NCBI GenBank assembly: GCA_964358895.1
Contig: CAYHPR010000004.1
Span: 2,752-66,751, forward strand
DNA: 64,000 bases
Direction: 5' to 3'
Source: Candidatus Micrarchaeota archaeon
GTDB lineage: Archaea > Micrarchaeota > Micrarchaeia > CABMEP01
Shown: positions 10,801 to 18,184 of the stretch, piece by piece
Layout: each line of letters starts with the position of its first letter
How positions within the stretch are numbered: position 1 is the first letter of the stretch
Made by a program: the position numbers and the translations under genes
The notes under the pieces: generated by a model
Database searches by the model: none
Seen by the model: only the letters and a program-made list of their open reading frames with translations
Told to the model about the DNA's origin: nothing

Positions 10801-12739
10801 GTGGGTATTCGATCCAGAAACTAAACAACTAAAAGAAAAGAGAGCACAAGAGCTTACTGAAAATGATCTACTTGCGTCACTTTCAACCGTTGAACATAAC
10901 TCAGTGGATACTCAAACTGATTTTGATCTCGTAAATTTATTTATGTCAGATTCCGAGTCTGAAAAAATAACCATTAGAACTGACAAAAGATTTACAAATG
11001 AAATTATGAAAAAATTTGGAAGCATGAAAAATGCTTCTAGAAATCTAAAAACAACTATGACAGTTATTGGAAATAGCTTCTACAGGAAACCTTATGCAAT
11101 TCCTTTAAAGTTATATAAACAAATCAGAAATGATAACTCTAATTTTAGAATAGGATTTAAGAGAAATTTTGGAAGTATGCCGCTGAAGATAAAAGTTACT
11201 GACGATTTGCTCAGATTAATCGGTTATTATGTCTCTGAAGGTTGGACTTGGATTTCAAAGACAAAAGGAAAAGAGTCTTACCATGTAGGTTTTGCTGCAT
11301 CAAACTCGGTAATAAGAAAAGAAATAAAAGAATTAATTAAAAAAACACTTAATGTCCCAGTTTATGAGGATTACAAAGGAGTGTATATTACAAACAAACT
11401 TTGCCATAAGCTATTTACAAACGAACTAAAATTGGGTAAAGGCGCCTATTCGAAGGATATTCCTGACTGGATATTAAATCTTTCAGACCAGTTGATGTAT
11501 GCATTTTTAGGAGGATGTTACCAAGGGGATGGAAACGTATACAAACGAGAAATAAAATATTGCACGGTTTCTGAGAGTCTTGCTTCAAAGATTTACTTCC
11601 TTCTGAGCAAGCTTGGGATGAAGCCAACATTTAAAGTGGAAAGAGATAGACCAACTAATAGCTCGTTCTTACTTAAAAAATATGAAAAACTTAAGAAAAC
11701 TCCACCTATAACTACACTGCATTATGTATGTTTATACTCAACAGATTCTGAGTTATTTGCTAAAAAAGTGAGATTGATAGCGGCAAAAGGTAAACTACTT
11801 AATGAAATCAAAACTCTGAACTTTGAGAGAAAATACATTAAAAGTCAGAAAGATATTAGGGTTCTAAAAATTAAAAGAATCGAAAAAGTTGGTCCATCAG
11901 CTCTATCTGAACCATTTGTATATGATATACAATTAGAGGCAAACAAAAACAAAATCTTTGCTTGTGGTAAAGGAATGCTCCTTTCTCATAATTGCGATGG
12001 AGATGAAAATTCTGTTATGCTACTGATGGACGGGTTACTGAACTTCTCAAGATCCTTCCTACCGCGCACACGCGGTGGTCAGATGGATGCGCCTCTTGTT
12101 CTTATGACAAAAATAGATCCTAGTGAAATCGATGACCAGGTTTACGCTATGGAAATCTGCAAGGAATTTCCGTTAGAGTTTTATGAAGCAACTCTCCAGT
12201 ACAAAACAGCATCCGAAATTGATATCGAAACTGTATCGGACCGGCTGAAAACAGATAGAAGTGATAGAGAACTGTGGTTTACGCATGACGTCTCCTCGAT
12301 CAATCAAGGAGTCATTACAACAAACTATGTCGCACTCAAAAGTATGAGAGAGAAAATTGATTCGCAGCTTGAACTTGCGCAGAAGATAGTTGCAGTTGAT
12401 GCGAAAGATGCAGCAGAACGGGTCATACTGAGCCATTTCTTCCCAGACCTTTATGGAAATATGAGATCTTTCACTAGACAGCTTGTCAGATGTGTTGATT
12501 GTAACATCAAATACCGCAGGCCGCCGTTGTCTGGGAAATGCAATAAATGTGGAGGTAAACTTATTCTCACAATCAATAGAGGAGGAATTGAAAAATATCT
12601 TAAGCTCTCACAGGAAATGGTTGAAAAATACGGCCTTCCGCATTACCTTAAGCAGCGTCTCGCACTTTTAGAAAAAGACATCAAATCCTTATTCGAAGAT
12701 GAAACAAGTAAACAGTTCAACCTCGCAGAATTTATGTAA
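7886..12739 (+). CDS. polC: DNA polymerase II (PolD) large subunit DP2, intein-containing precursor (1617 aa; about 1124 aa after splicing)
   Basis: N-terminus MIDENEVKRAYDIANNARAMNFDPSDKTEIIPAPDLAARVE and C-terminal Zn-finger cysteines are DP2-like. The catalytic region reads AHPYMFCASRRD|intein|CDGDENSVMLLMDGLLNFSRSFLPRTRGGQMDAPLV, matching the RRNCDGDED...MDAPLV motif recalled for Pyrococcus DP2. Confidence 0.85.
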   Translation: MIDENEVKRAYDIANNARAMNFDPSDKTEIIPAPDLAARVEAIVGPVGVAEKIREMSKGKNRTQLAFAVAETIIDGAFGLWSRDKTIEQAVRTGTAIITEGVLVAPTEGISAVKINKNQDGTDYLAIYYAGPIRGAGGTSAALSVLLGDFARRKLGIGEYRPTDTAVERYVEEIDLYDLRGARLQYKPPEDDLRWIIRNCPVCIDGEPTEDFEVGAYRNVPGIETNRVRGGVCLVTCEGIAQKASKLLSLSRKLGMGWDWLETVIKITKTKEKIQLQPDGRYLEEVVAGRPIFAYPSRLNGFRLRYGRTRISGIHAKSVHPATMVILNSFIAIGTQLKIERPGKSATILPCDSIEPPIVKLDDGSVVVVRSVEEAIALKDRVSKILWLGDMLVGYGDFVKSNTPLMPAGYCEEWWVHEVTAAEKKLNKKADKKNEKEITAEDAFKISEELDVPLHPKYTFFWNNINGKEIKDLINWIRKVESKYDWLTLKEISVEYSTEKTILEKILLPHRVDKETILIDSQNAYTLLKSLNLLGKMDHKHVETSIESIDDEANGLDVISKLSGIKIRDKGGSWIGCRMGRPEKVKERPMKPPVHVLFPIANAGGKTRNVIKAYKDAKANKLKYDINVEVARLKCEMCGNITFCKKCELCGGLTKQERVCTKCGKISESDVMVHGCGGRTNAYEERPLNIVKHMDDAIARTKTIPEEMKGVIGMMSTEKIPEPIEKGIFRAKHGAWVFKDGTCRFDATNAPMTHFYPKEIGTSVERLRQLGYTKDAHGNELTNEDQLVELKLEDMVVSERCVDYLTRVSNFIDDTLVSLYRTEPYYKIKSRDDMIGQIVIELSPHTSCGILGRIIGQTKAHVCYAHPYMFCASRRDCFDGNTMMYYQNSNRLHTDSISKMFEKYSNQPKFKDGEWELIDLTNKNVFTLGADTSGNSEKKRVRYLMRKPYNGSVLKIVAENNQELLTTPDHRMWVFDPETKQLKEKRAQELTENDLLASLSTVEHNSVDTQTDFDLVNLFMSDSESEKITIRTDKRFTNEIMKKFGSMKNASRNLKTTMTVIGNSFYRKPYAIPLKLYKQIRNDNSNFRIGFKRNFGSMPLKIKVTDDLLRLIGYYVSEGWTWISKTKGKESYHVGFAASNSVIRKEIKELIKKTLNVPVYEDYKGVYITNKLCHKLFTNELKLGKGAYSKDIPDWILNLSDQLMYAFLGGCYQGDGNVYKREIKYCTVSESLASKIYFLLSKLGMKPTFKVERDRPTNSSFLLKKYEKLKKTPPITTLHYVCLYSTDSELFAKKVRLIAAKGKLLNEIKTLNFERKYIKSQKDIRVLKIKRIEKVGPSALSEPFVYDIQLEANKNKIFACGKGMLLSHNCDGDENSVMLLMDGLLNFSRSFLPRTRGGQMDAPLVLMTKIDPSEIDDQVYAMEICKEFPLEFYEATLQYKTASEIDIETVSDRLKTDRSDRELWFTHDVSSINQGVITTNYVALKSMREKIDSQLELAQKIVAVDAKDAAERVILSHFFPDLYGNMRSFTRQLVRCVDCNIKYRRPPLSGKCNKCGGKLILTINRGGIEKYLKLSQEMVEKYGLPHYLKQRLALLEKDIKSLFEDETSKQFNLAEFM
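10514..11992 (+). mobile_element. Intein (493 aa) with LAGLIDADG homing-endonuclease domain inserted in the PolD DP2 catalytic motif
   Basis: Begins with Cys (CFDGNTMMYY, block A). Block B is LTTPDHRMW. Two dodecapeptide motifs: LIGYYVSEGW and FLGGCYQGDGNVY. Ends ...LLSHN followed by extein +1 Cys (CDGDE). In frame, with no stop codons. Confidence 0.75.
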
Positions 12740-12758
12740 ATAATTATTGCATAGATGA

Positions 12759-12968
12759 TTGGTTAGTAAAATGGTAAGAGATATTGAAAACAACAGTAAA
12801 AAATTTTATTTTTGTGAGGTGTGCATGTTCGCATACACCGACAAGAAAATAGTTAGCGATTGCGAGAACTTCTGCGCAATACATAATAGTTGTTCTATGG
12901 AGATAACTAAACACGCAGTCGGAGTTATTGAAAATGGAAAACTCATAATATTCAGGAAAAAAGAGTAA
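12759..12968 (+). CDS. Small putative zinc-ribbon protein (69 aa)
   Basis: CxxC...CxxxC arrangement (FCEVCMFAYTDKKIVSDCENFCAIHNSC). Short, with only 19 nt of intergenic space after polC. Coding status uncertain. Confidence 0.3.
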   Translation: MVSKMVRDIENNSKKFYFCEVCMFAYTDKKIVSDCENFCAIHNSCSMEITKHAVGVIENGKLIIFRKKE

Positions 12969-12977
12969 AAATTCTGA

Positions 12978-14456
12978 CTATTTGATAGAAAGAACAATGT
13001 CCGATATTTTGATTCTTTCCTGTTTTGTTGTATTTCTGTCTCGGATAGTTACTGTCCCATCCTTCAACGTATCGTAATCAATTGTTACTGCCCATTTAAT
13101 TCCAACTTCATCAGCTCTGGCATAACGTTTTCCAATCGAACCAGATTCATCATAGAGCGCTGAGATATTGCTGCCGCGCAACATGTCTGTTATTTCATGT
13201 GCTTTTTCAGCAAGACCGTCTTTTTTCATAAGTGGAAAAACTGCAACTCCATAAGGAGATAACTCTAACGGAAGGTCAAGCCACTCCCACCCTCTATCCT
13301 CACCTTTTCGGTATGCATGCTCAAGAATTGTCCAGAATAATCGATCAACTCCGAAAGATGGTTCAACCACATGTGGGATAATCCTTCTTCCATCTGGCAT
13401 TACAACCGTCAGATCTTTTCCAGAAGTTTCCATGTGGCTCTTGAGATCGAAATCAGTTCGATATGCAATTCCTACTGTTTCAATCCATCCATAAGAGGTG
13501 TGAACTTCAAGATCAAAGTTTCCTCCAGAATAATGCGGCATTTCATTTGGCAGAAGCTGACGGAAGTGCATTTCGGCAAAAGGAATTCCGCACTCTTCAT
13601 AAAACGCAGTTGTTGCACCTAGAAAGTATGAAAGTATCTCATTAGGCACTATTTTTTGATCAACTGCATCTTGACAAGTAAGAATTGTTGGCTTTGCATC
13701 TTTCTTTCCTTCCTTTTCTTGGCTGCTTTGAGTAACAATTGCTATTTTTTTATTTTCCATTTCTTTGAATTTAGAAAATTTAGGTTCTTGAGGATCAAAA
13801 AAATACTCAAGTTCCATCTGAGTAAATTCACGTAAACGAATAACTCCCTGTCTAGGTGAGATTTCGTTTCTAAGAGATTTACCTATTTGTCCGATTGCAA
13901 GCGGAAGCTTTCCGTATGTTCGGTATATGCGTGAAAAATCAAGCATTATTCCTTGAGCAGTTTCAGGCCTACCATATCCTGGCACGCCTCCAGTTGGACC
14001 AATATTTGTTTTAAACATTAAATTTTGAAATGTGACTTCACTAAACCCTTCTTTCTTACAGTTTGGGCAGATAATTTTTGATTCCTTAATCATTTTATTT
14101 ATTTCATCTATCGTTTTTCCTTCAACATGCAATTCGTTTTCCTCAAGCAGATGATCTGCTCTAAATTTAGACCCGCACAGCTTACAAGTAGTAACTGGAT
14201 CAGAAAAATGATCAAGATGGCCTGATGCCTTAACAACAATCTCTGGCACGATGAGGGAGGTTTCGATCTCGAGAAATCCATTTTTCTTTATGAAATACTT
14301 TCTCCACAGATCTTGTATTCTATGTTTAATTGCAGTACCCATTGGCCCAAAATCATAAAAACCACCAAGTGTTCCGTAGATCTCTGCTGCAGGAAAGATA
14401 AGTGATCTCCTCAAACCTATCTGAGATATGCGTTCCCTTATTTCAGTTGAAGTCAT
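12978..14456 (-). CDS. glyS: Glycyl-tRNA synthetase, archaeal/eukaryotic-type class II
   Basis: N-terminus RRSLIFPAAEIYGTLGGFYDFGPMGTAIKHRI matches the a2-type GlyRS signature (RRGFVFxSxEIYGGxxGFYDYGPxG). 492 aa. Confidence 0.85.
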   Translation of the reverse strand: MTSTEIRERISQIGLRRSLIFPAAEIYGTLGGFYDFGPMGTAIKHRIQDLWRKYFIKKNGFLEIETSLIVPEIVVKASGHLDHFSDPVTTCKLCGSKFRADHLLEENELHVEGKTIDEINKMIKESKIICPNCKKEGFSEVTFQNLMFKTNIGPTGGVPGYGRPETAQGIMLDFSRIYRTYGKLPLAIGQIGKSLRNEISPRQGVIRLREFTQMELEYFFDPQEPKFSKFKEMENKKIAIVTQSSQEKEGKKDAKPTILTCQDAVDQKIVPNEILSYFLGATTAFYEECGIPFAEMHFRQLLPNEMPHYSGGNFDLEVHTSYGWIETVGIAYRTDFDLKSHMETSGKDLTVVMPDGRRIIPHVVEPSFGVDRLFWTILEHAYRKGEDRGWEWLDLPLELSPYGVAVFPLMKKDGLAEKAHEITDMLRGSNISALYDESGSIGKRYARADEVGIKWAVTIDYDTLKDGTVTIRDRNTTKQERIKISDIVLSIK

Positions 14457-14547
14457 AAAATCGCTTTAGATATAATAGCGAAAGGATTTATAAGACATAT
14501 GCGGATTTACGTCTATACTGACTTTTAGAAAGATTGATGGTGTTAAG

Positions 14548-15351
14548 ATGGCTAAAGAAACGAAACGAGAACGAATCATAAGGGAAATGAAGGAAAAGAT
14601 AAAAGTTGCATATAAGCCTAGAGATATCCTTCTTGTTTTCGGAGAAAATACGATAAGAGACATAGAAAAAAGCAATAATCTACTTTTTGAGAAACTTAAT
14701 GAATGGTATTCAATATATTTTCCAGAACTTAAACTTGAGGATCGTGTAAAATATTGCAAATTAGTCTTAGCTATTGACAAAGAAAAAATGGAAGAGAACA
14801 GGGCAAAAATTAAGGAAATAATGGGAGAAAAAGGAGAAGAAGTCTATAAGCGACTTCAGAACAGCTCAGGAATTGATTTAACGTCTAAAGATTTGGAAAG
14901 CATAAGAGAATTAGCCTCCACAATTCTTACATTGATCAAAGAACAACAGGAAAAAGAGGCATATGTAGAAGGAATTGCACGAGAGGTATGTCCTAATACA
15001 GCTGAGGTTGCTGGACCCAGAGTTGCAGCAAAACTAATTGCACACGTTGGAGGACTTGAAAAACTGGCAAAGTTGCCTTCCTCAACAGTCCAAGTATTAG
15101 GTGCTGAGAAGGCTCTGTTTAAACACTTAAAAAGAAAGACGAAGCCTCCAAAGCACGGCATCATTTTTCAACATAGTTCAATCCATTCTGCACCAAAGGA
15201 TCAGAGAGGAAAGATTGCACGAGCGCTCTCTGCTCAGATTTCTATTGCAGCTAAGGTTGATACTTATGGCAAACGCTTCATAGGAAAAGAACTAAGAGAA
15301 AAATTTGAAAATCGTGTGAAAGAGATAACTAAATCTGTTAAAACAGATTAA
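14548..15351 (+). CDS. Nop5/Nop56-family C/D box sRNP protein (short form, Nop domain)
   Basis: C-terminal Nop domain AGPRVAAKLIAHVGGLEKLAKLPSSTVQVLGAEKALFKHLKRKTKPPKHGIIFQHSSIHSAPKDQRGKIARALSAQISIAAKVD. Only 267 aa. No fibrillarin gene directly downstream. Confidence 0.65.
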   Translation: MAKETKRERIIREMKEKIKVAYKPRDILLVFGENTIRDIEKSNNLLFEKLNEWYSIYFPELKLEDRVKYCKLVLAIDKEKMEENRAKIKEIMGEKGEEVYKRLQNSSGIDLTSKDLESIRELASTILTLIKEQQEKEAYVEGIAREVCPNTAEVAGPRVAAKLIAHVGGLEKLAKLPSSTVQVLGAEKALFKHLKRKTKPPKHGIIFQHSSIHSAPKDQRGKIARALSAQISIAAKVDTYGKRFIGKELREKFENRVKEITKSVKTD

Positions 15352-15360
15352 GGTGACTGC

Positions 15361-15771
15361 ATGACTGAATGCGTCTTTTGTAACATAATAAACGGAAAAA
15401 TTCCTGCTGAAAAAGTATTTGAAAATAAATCTTTCATAGCTATTCTTGACATCTTTCCAGCAAATAAAGGCCACACACTAGTTGTCCCAAAAAAACATGT
15501 TGAAAAAATGATGGATATGGATGACAAAGAGATAGGCGAAATGACAGTGGTTGCAAAGAAAATTGCCAAGGCCTTAAAAGAAGCACTGAGTGCCGGAGGC
15601 ATTAATTTCATATCAAATAATGGAAAACTCTCAGGGCAATTAATTGACCACGCGCACCTGCACGTTATTCCAAGATTTTCAGGAGATAAAATAGATTTCG
15701 GATGGAATCCGAAAAAATATGAAAAAAATGAGATTAAAGAGATGGGACAAAAACTCAGAAGTACCATTTGA
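15361..15771 (+). CDS. HIT-family (histidine triad) nucleotide hydrolase
   Basis: Motif HAHLHVIPR (HxHxHxx). 136 aa, a typical Hint-like size. Confidence 0.75.
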   Translation: MTECVFCNIINGKIPAEKVFENKSFIAILDIFPANKGHTLVVPKKHVEKMMDMDDKEIGEMTVVAKKIAKALKEALSAGGINFISNNGKLSGQLIDHAHLHVIPRFSGDKIDFGWNPKKYEKNEIKEMGQKLRSTI

Positions 15772-16944
15772 CTAATAGCTCAGAATAAAACCTAATTTAA
15801 CTTTGTCAGTATTCTCCTCTGAGTTAATAGTCCCGTCAGAAAATGTATCGTCTGCTAATGCATTTATTTTTCTATACTCAAAGGTTGGCACTATTTCGAT
15901 ATCAAAAACTTTTAAACCTGACGCAGATACTGCAAAACCAACTTCATTTGTAGTTGAATTTTCGAATGGCCTACCACTTATTGAATACACTGTAGTTCTT
16001 TTTCCTTTATAAAAATAATAAAGGCCTGAAATAATAATGTGCTTATACATAAATCCAAAATTGTTTTCTAAACTTAGAAGGTTATATCCGAACTTTTGAT
16101 CCGATGAAAAATTACTAACATGTGTCGTAATTCCTCCACCAACAAAACTGAAACGCATTGCTAAAAGGCCAAAAAGAGTATTATTAAATTCATTTGTAAA
16201 TAAAGGATAAACCGAAATAGCACCCAAACTAAATCCTGCACCTAAACCGCTGGAATCACCAAGAGATATTAATTCTTGATCGAACGGAAACGGATAATAT
16301 TCGCGTCTACTAGATGAATAATTGCGGTATTCCGTAATAACTTCGCCATTAATTCCTATACGATTTAATTTTTTTTCCATACCGTAATATAACTTACTTA
16401 CAACTTGTTCAGCATGACCTGCAACAGTAACATTATCGGCAGAGAATAGTGGTGATGCGTTAGTTATAAAAAACAGATTTCTATTGAAAGAAAAACCGAG
16501 ATATGATGTTTTTGTTTGCTTTGTTCTACTAAACGATAGGTTAATAGACATATCAGAAGCGTTACCTCTTTCATTTAATTTTAAAAGTAATGGCTCAGAC
16601 CCTGTTTCTAGATGTATATCGTTATTAACTTCAGAATTTCCACCATTAACTGAAAACTGTTGTTCAATCTTAAACTGTTTTATAATTTCTGGGTCAGCAA
16701 CCGGCTGCTTTTGAAGCACCTGAACTGCGTTCTGTTTTGGCATATCGGTTGTATTCTTATGTTTAATAACTACAGGTGTTTTCTTTTTATTTTGGTTAAC
16801 TTTTGCAACAGCCTCTAAACTTGCACCTCTAAAGAGCTGTTGTGATACTAAGAAGCACGTTGCAAAAACAGCAATGGATTTGATACTAAATAAATTGGAT
16901 TTAGGTTTTTGTTTAAACGTTGTTTCCATATTATATTGGACCAA
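15772..16944 (-). CDS. Hypothetical secreted beta-rich protein
   Basis: N-terminal signal-like hydrophobic segment (KSNLFSIKSIAVFATCFLVSQQLF). Alternating hydrophobic pattern throughout. The C-terminus ...VKLGFILSY ends in an aromatic residue. Confidence 0.4.
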   Translation of the reverse strand: MVQYNMETTFKQKPKSNLFSIKSIAVFATCFLVSQQLFRGASLEAVAKVNQNKKKTPVVIKHKNTTDMPKQNAVQVLQKQPVADPEIIKQFKIEQQFSVNGGNSEVNNDIHLETGSEPLLLKLNERGNASDMSINLSFSRTKQTKTSYLGFSFNRNLFFITNASPLFSADNVTVAGHAEQVVSKLYYGMEKKLNRIGINGEVITEYRNYSSSRREYYPFPFDQELISLGDSSGLGAGFSLGAISVYPLFTNEFNNTLFGLLAMRFSFVGGGITTHVSNFSSDQKFGYNLLSLENNFGFMYKHIIISGLYYFYKGKRTTVYSISGRPFENSTTNEVGFAVSASGLKVFDIEIVPTFEYRKINALADDTFSDGTINSEENTDKVKLGFILSY

Positions 16945-16974
16945 TGGAAGTATATAAAACTTTGTATAATAAAT

Positions 16975-17568
16975 TTACTGTTGAATTTTTTCTTTAGCAA
17001 AAACTTCCTTCAGTTCTGATTTTCTTATTTCAATTCTTTTTATTGGAGCAAATCTTTTTAGGACAGGTGTAAGCTTCATTGAAAATCTTCTAAAGAATAA
17101 TTCTTGTAAAAATTGATCAAGTGTAAACTGTGCTACTTTTGCCTTCAATTCTTGTCTTAATGCAGTTCTTATAGCTGCTTCAGTATCTCTTGCAACTCTA
17201 CCCGCAGTAAAAATCATGACCTTCAATCGGAGGTCCTTACCGTCAGAGGTTACCGTGTCAACTACGTCGTCAACAATAGTTCTGTTTCTCTTGATAAAAG
17301 TTCTTATAAACGCAGGTTGCTGTTCGTGACCTATGAATGAAGTGTAAGCATTCTTTCCTTTAACATCTGTTATTCTGAAACTAACCGTTGTGTAGGTTTG
17401 TGATAAATCGCCAGTGATTTCATCAAGCCCGACACTGATCAATCTGTCTTTTAGATGCTTGTCTTCCGTAGCTACAACTTCACCTATCGGCTTAGAACCG
17501 AACGTTTCCGGACTATAAATCTGATACCATTGCTTCAGTTTCCAAGTATCAACAACTTTTTTTACCAT
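16975..17568 (-). CDS. rps3ae: 30S ribosomal protein S3Ae (eS1)
   Basis: MVKKVVDTWKLKQWYQIYSPETFGSKPIGEVVA... matches the conserved S3Ae N-terminus (KKVxDxWKxKxWYxIxAPxxF). 197 aa. Confidence 0.7.
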   Translation of the reverse strand: MVKKVVDTWKLKQWYQIYSPETFGSKPIGEVVATEDKHLKDRLISVGLDEITGDLSQTYTTVSFRITDVKGKNAYTSFIGHEQQPAFIRTFIKRNRTIVDDVVDTVTSDGKDLRLKVMIFTAGRVARDTEAAIRTALRQELKAKVAQFTLDQFLQELFFRRFSMKLTPVLKRFAPIKRIEIRKSELKEVFAKEKIQQ

Positions 17569-17597
17569 AACATCAACTTAATATTATCTCAATATGA

Positions 17598-18050
17598 TTA
17601 TCTAACAAGTAGTGTTGCCTTCTCTGGATCATATGTCCAACCAGCTGGCAATTTCTTTGTCCTGACGTAATAAGTACCGACACGCCTTATCTTTGCTTCA
17701 ATATCGTGCAGCTTTGTTTTATTGTGCTGATCAGACCTGTGTCTCTCAAGATGTTTTCTAAGACTCACAGCTTTCTTAATCAAATTAAGAATGTCGTCGG
17801 GATAATCAAGTTTGCCAAGATTTTTCTCAATCATTTTAACTAACGGCATGCCAGTAAGTTCATGAATGCTGCCGACACCGTATTGATCTCTTAGGATGTG
17901 ACCGATTTTTGAAGCGGAATTGCCTGCCTTTCTTAGATCAACAACTAGTTTCTCAATTTCTTCAGCTGAGAACTCGACCCATTTCTGGCTTCCCTTGATC
18001 TTTCTTGATCCACTTTTTCCTTTCTTTTTCGTATGTAGCTTAGCCACCAA
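17598..18050 (-). CDS. rps15: 30S ribosomal protein S15P/S13e (uS15)
   Basis: N-terminal KKKGKSGSRK, and C-terminal KLHDIEAKIRRVGTYYVRTKKLPAGWTYDPEKATLLV, typical of archaeal S15P. Confidence 0.75.
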   Translation of the reverse strand: MVAKLHTKKKGKSGSRKIKGSQKWVEFSAEEIEKLVVDLRKAGNSASKIGHILRDQYGVGSIHELTGMPLVKMIEKNLGKLDYPDDILNLIKKAVSLRKHLERHRSDQHNKTKLHDIEAKIRRVGTYYVRTKKLPAGWTYDPEKATLLVR

Positions 18051-18184
18051 TACACCTAATATCTAAATTATTAACAATATTTGAACAAACTTCCTTAGAA
18101 GAAGCTGGGATTATTAGTCAGCCAATCTTTATAAATTTTGCATAGATTGAGTTTTCAGGCTTTTCTCCTAATTTTGCAGCTTAA

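Noticed and set aside
7915-12671. Numerous short ORFs inside polC (e.g. 8283..8534-, 8842..9354-, 9830..10216-, 12173..12436-)
   Set aside because: Embedded in the continuous 1617-codon DP2+intein frame, which has strong homology support. No independent signals.
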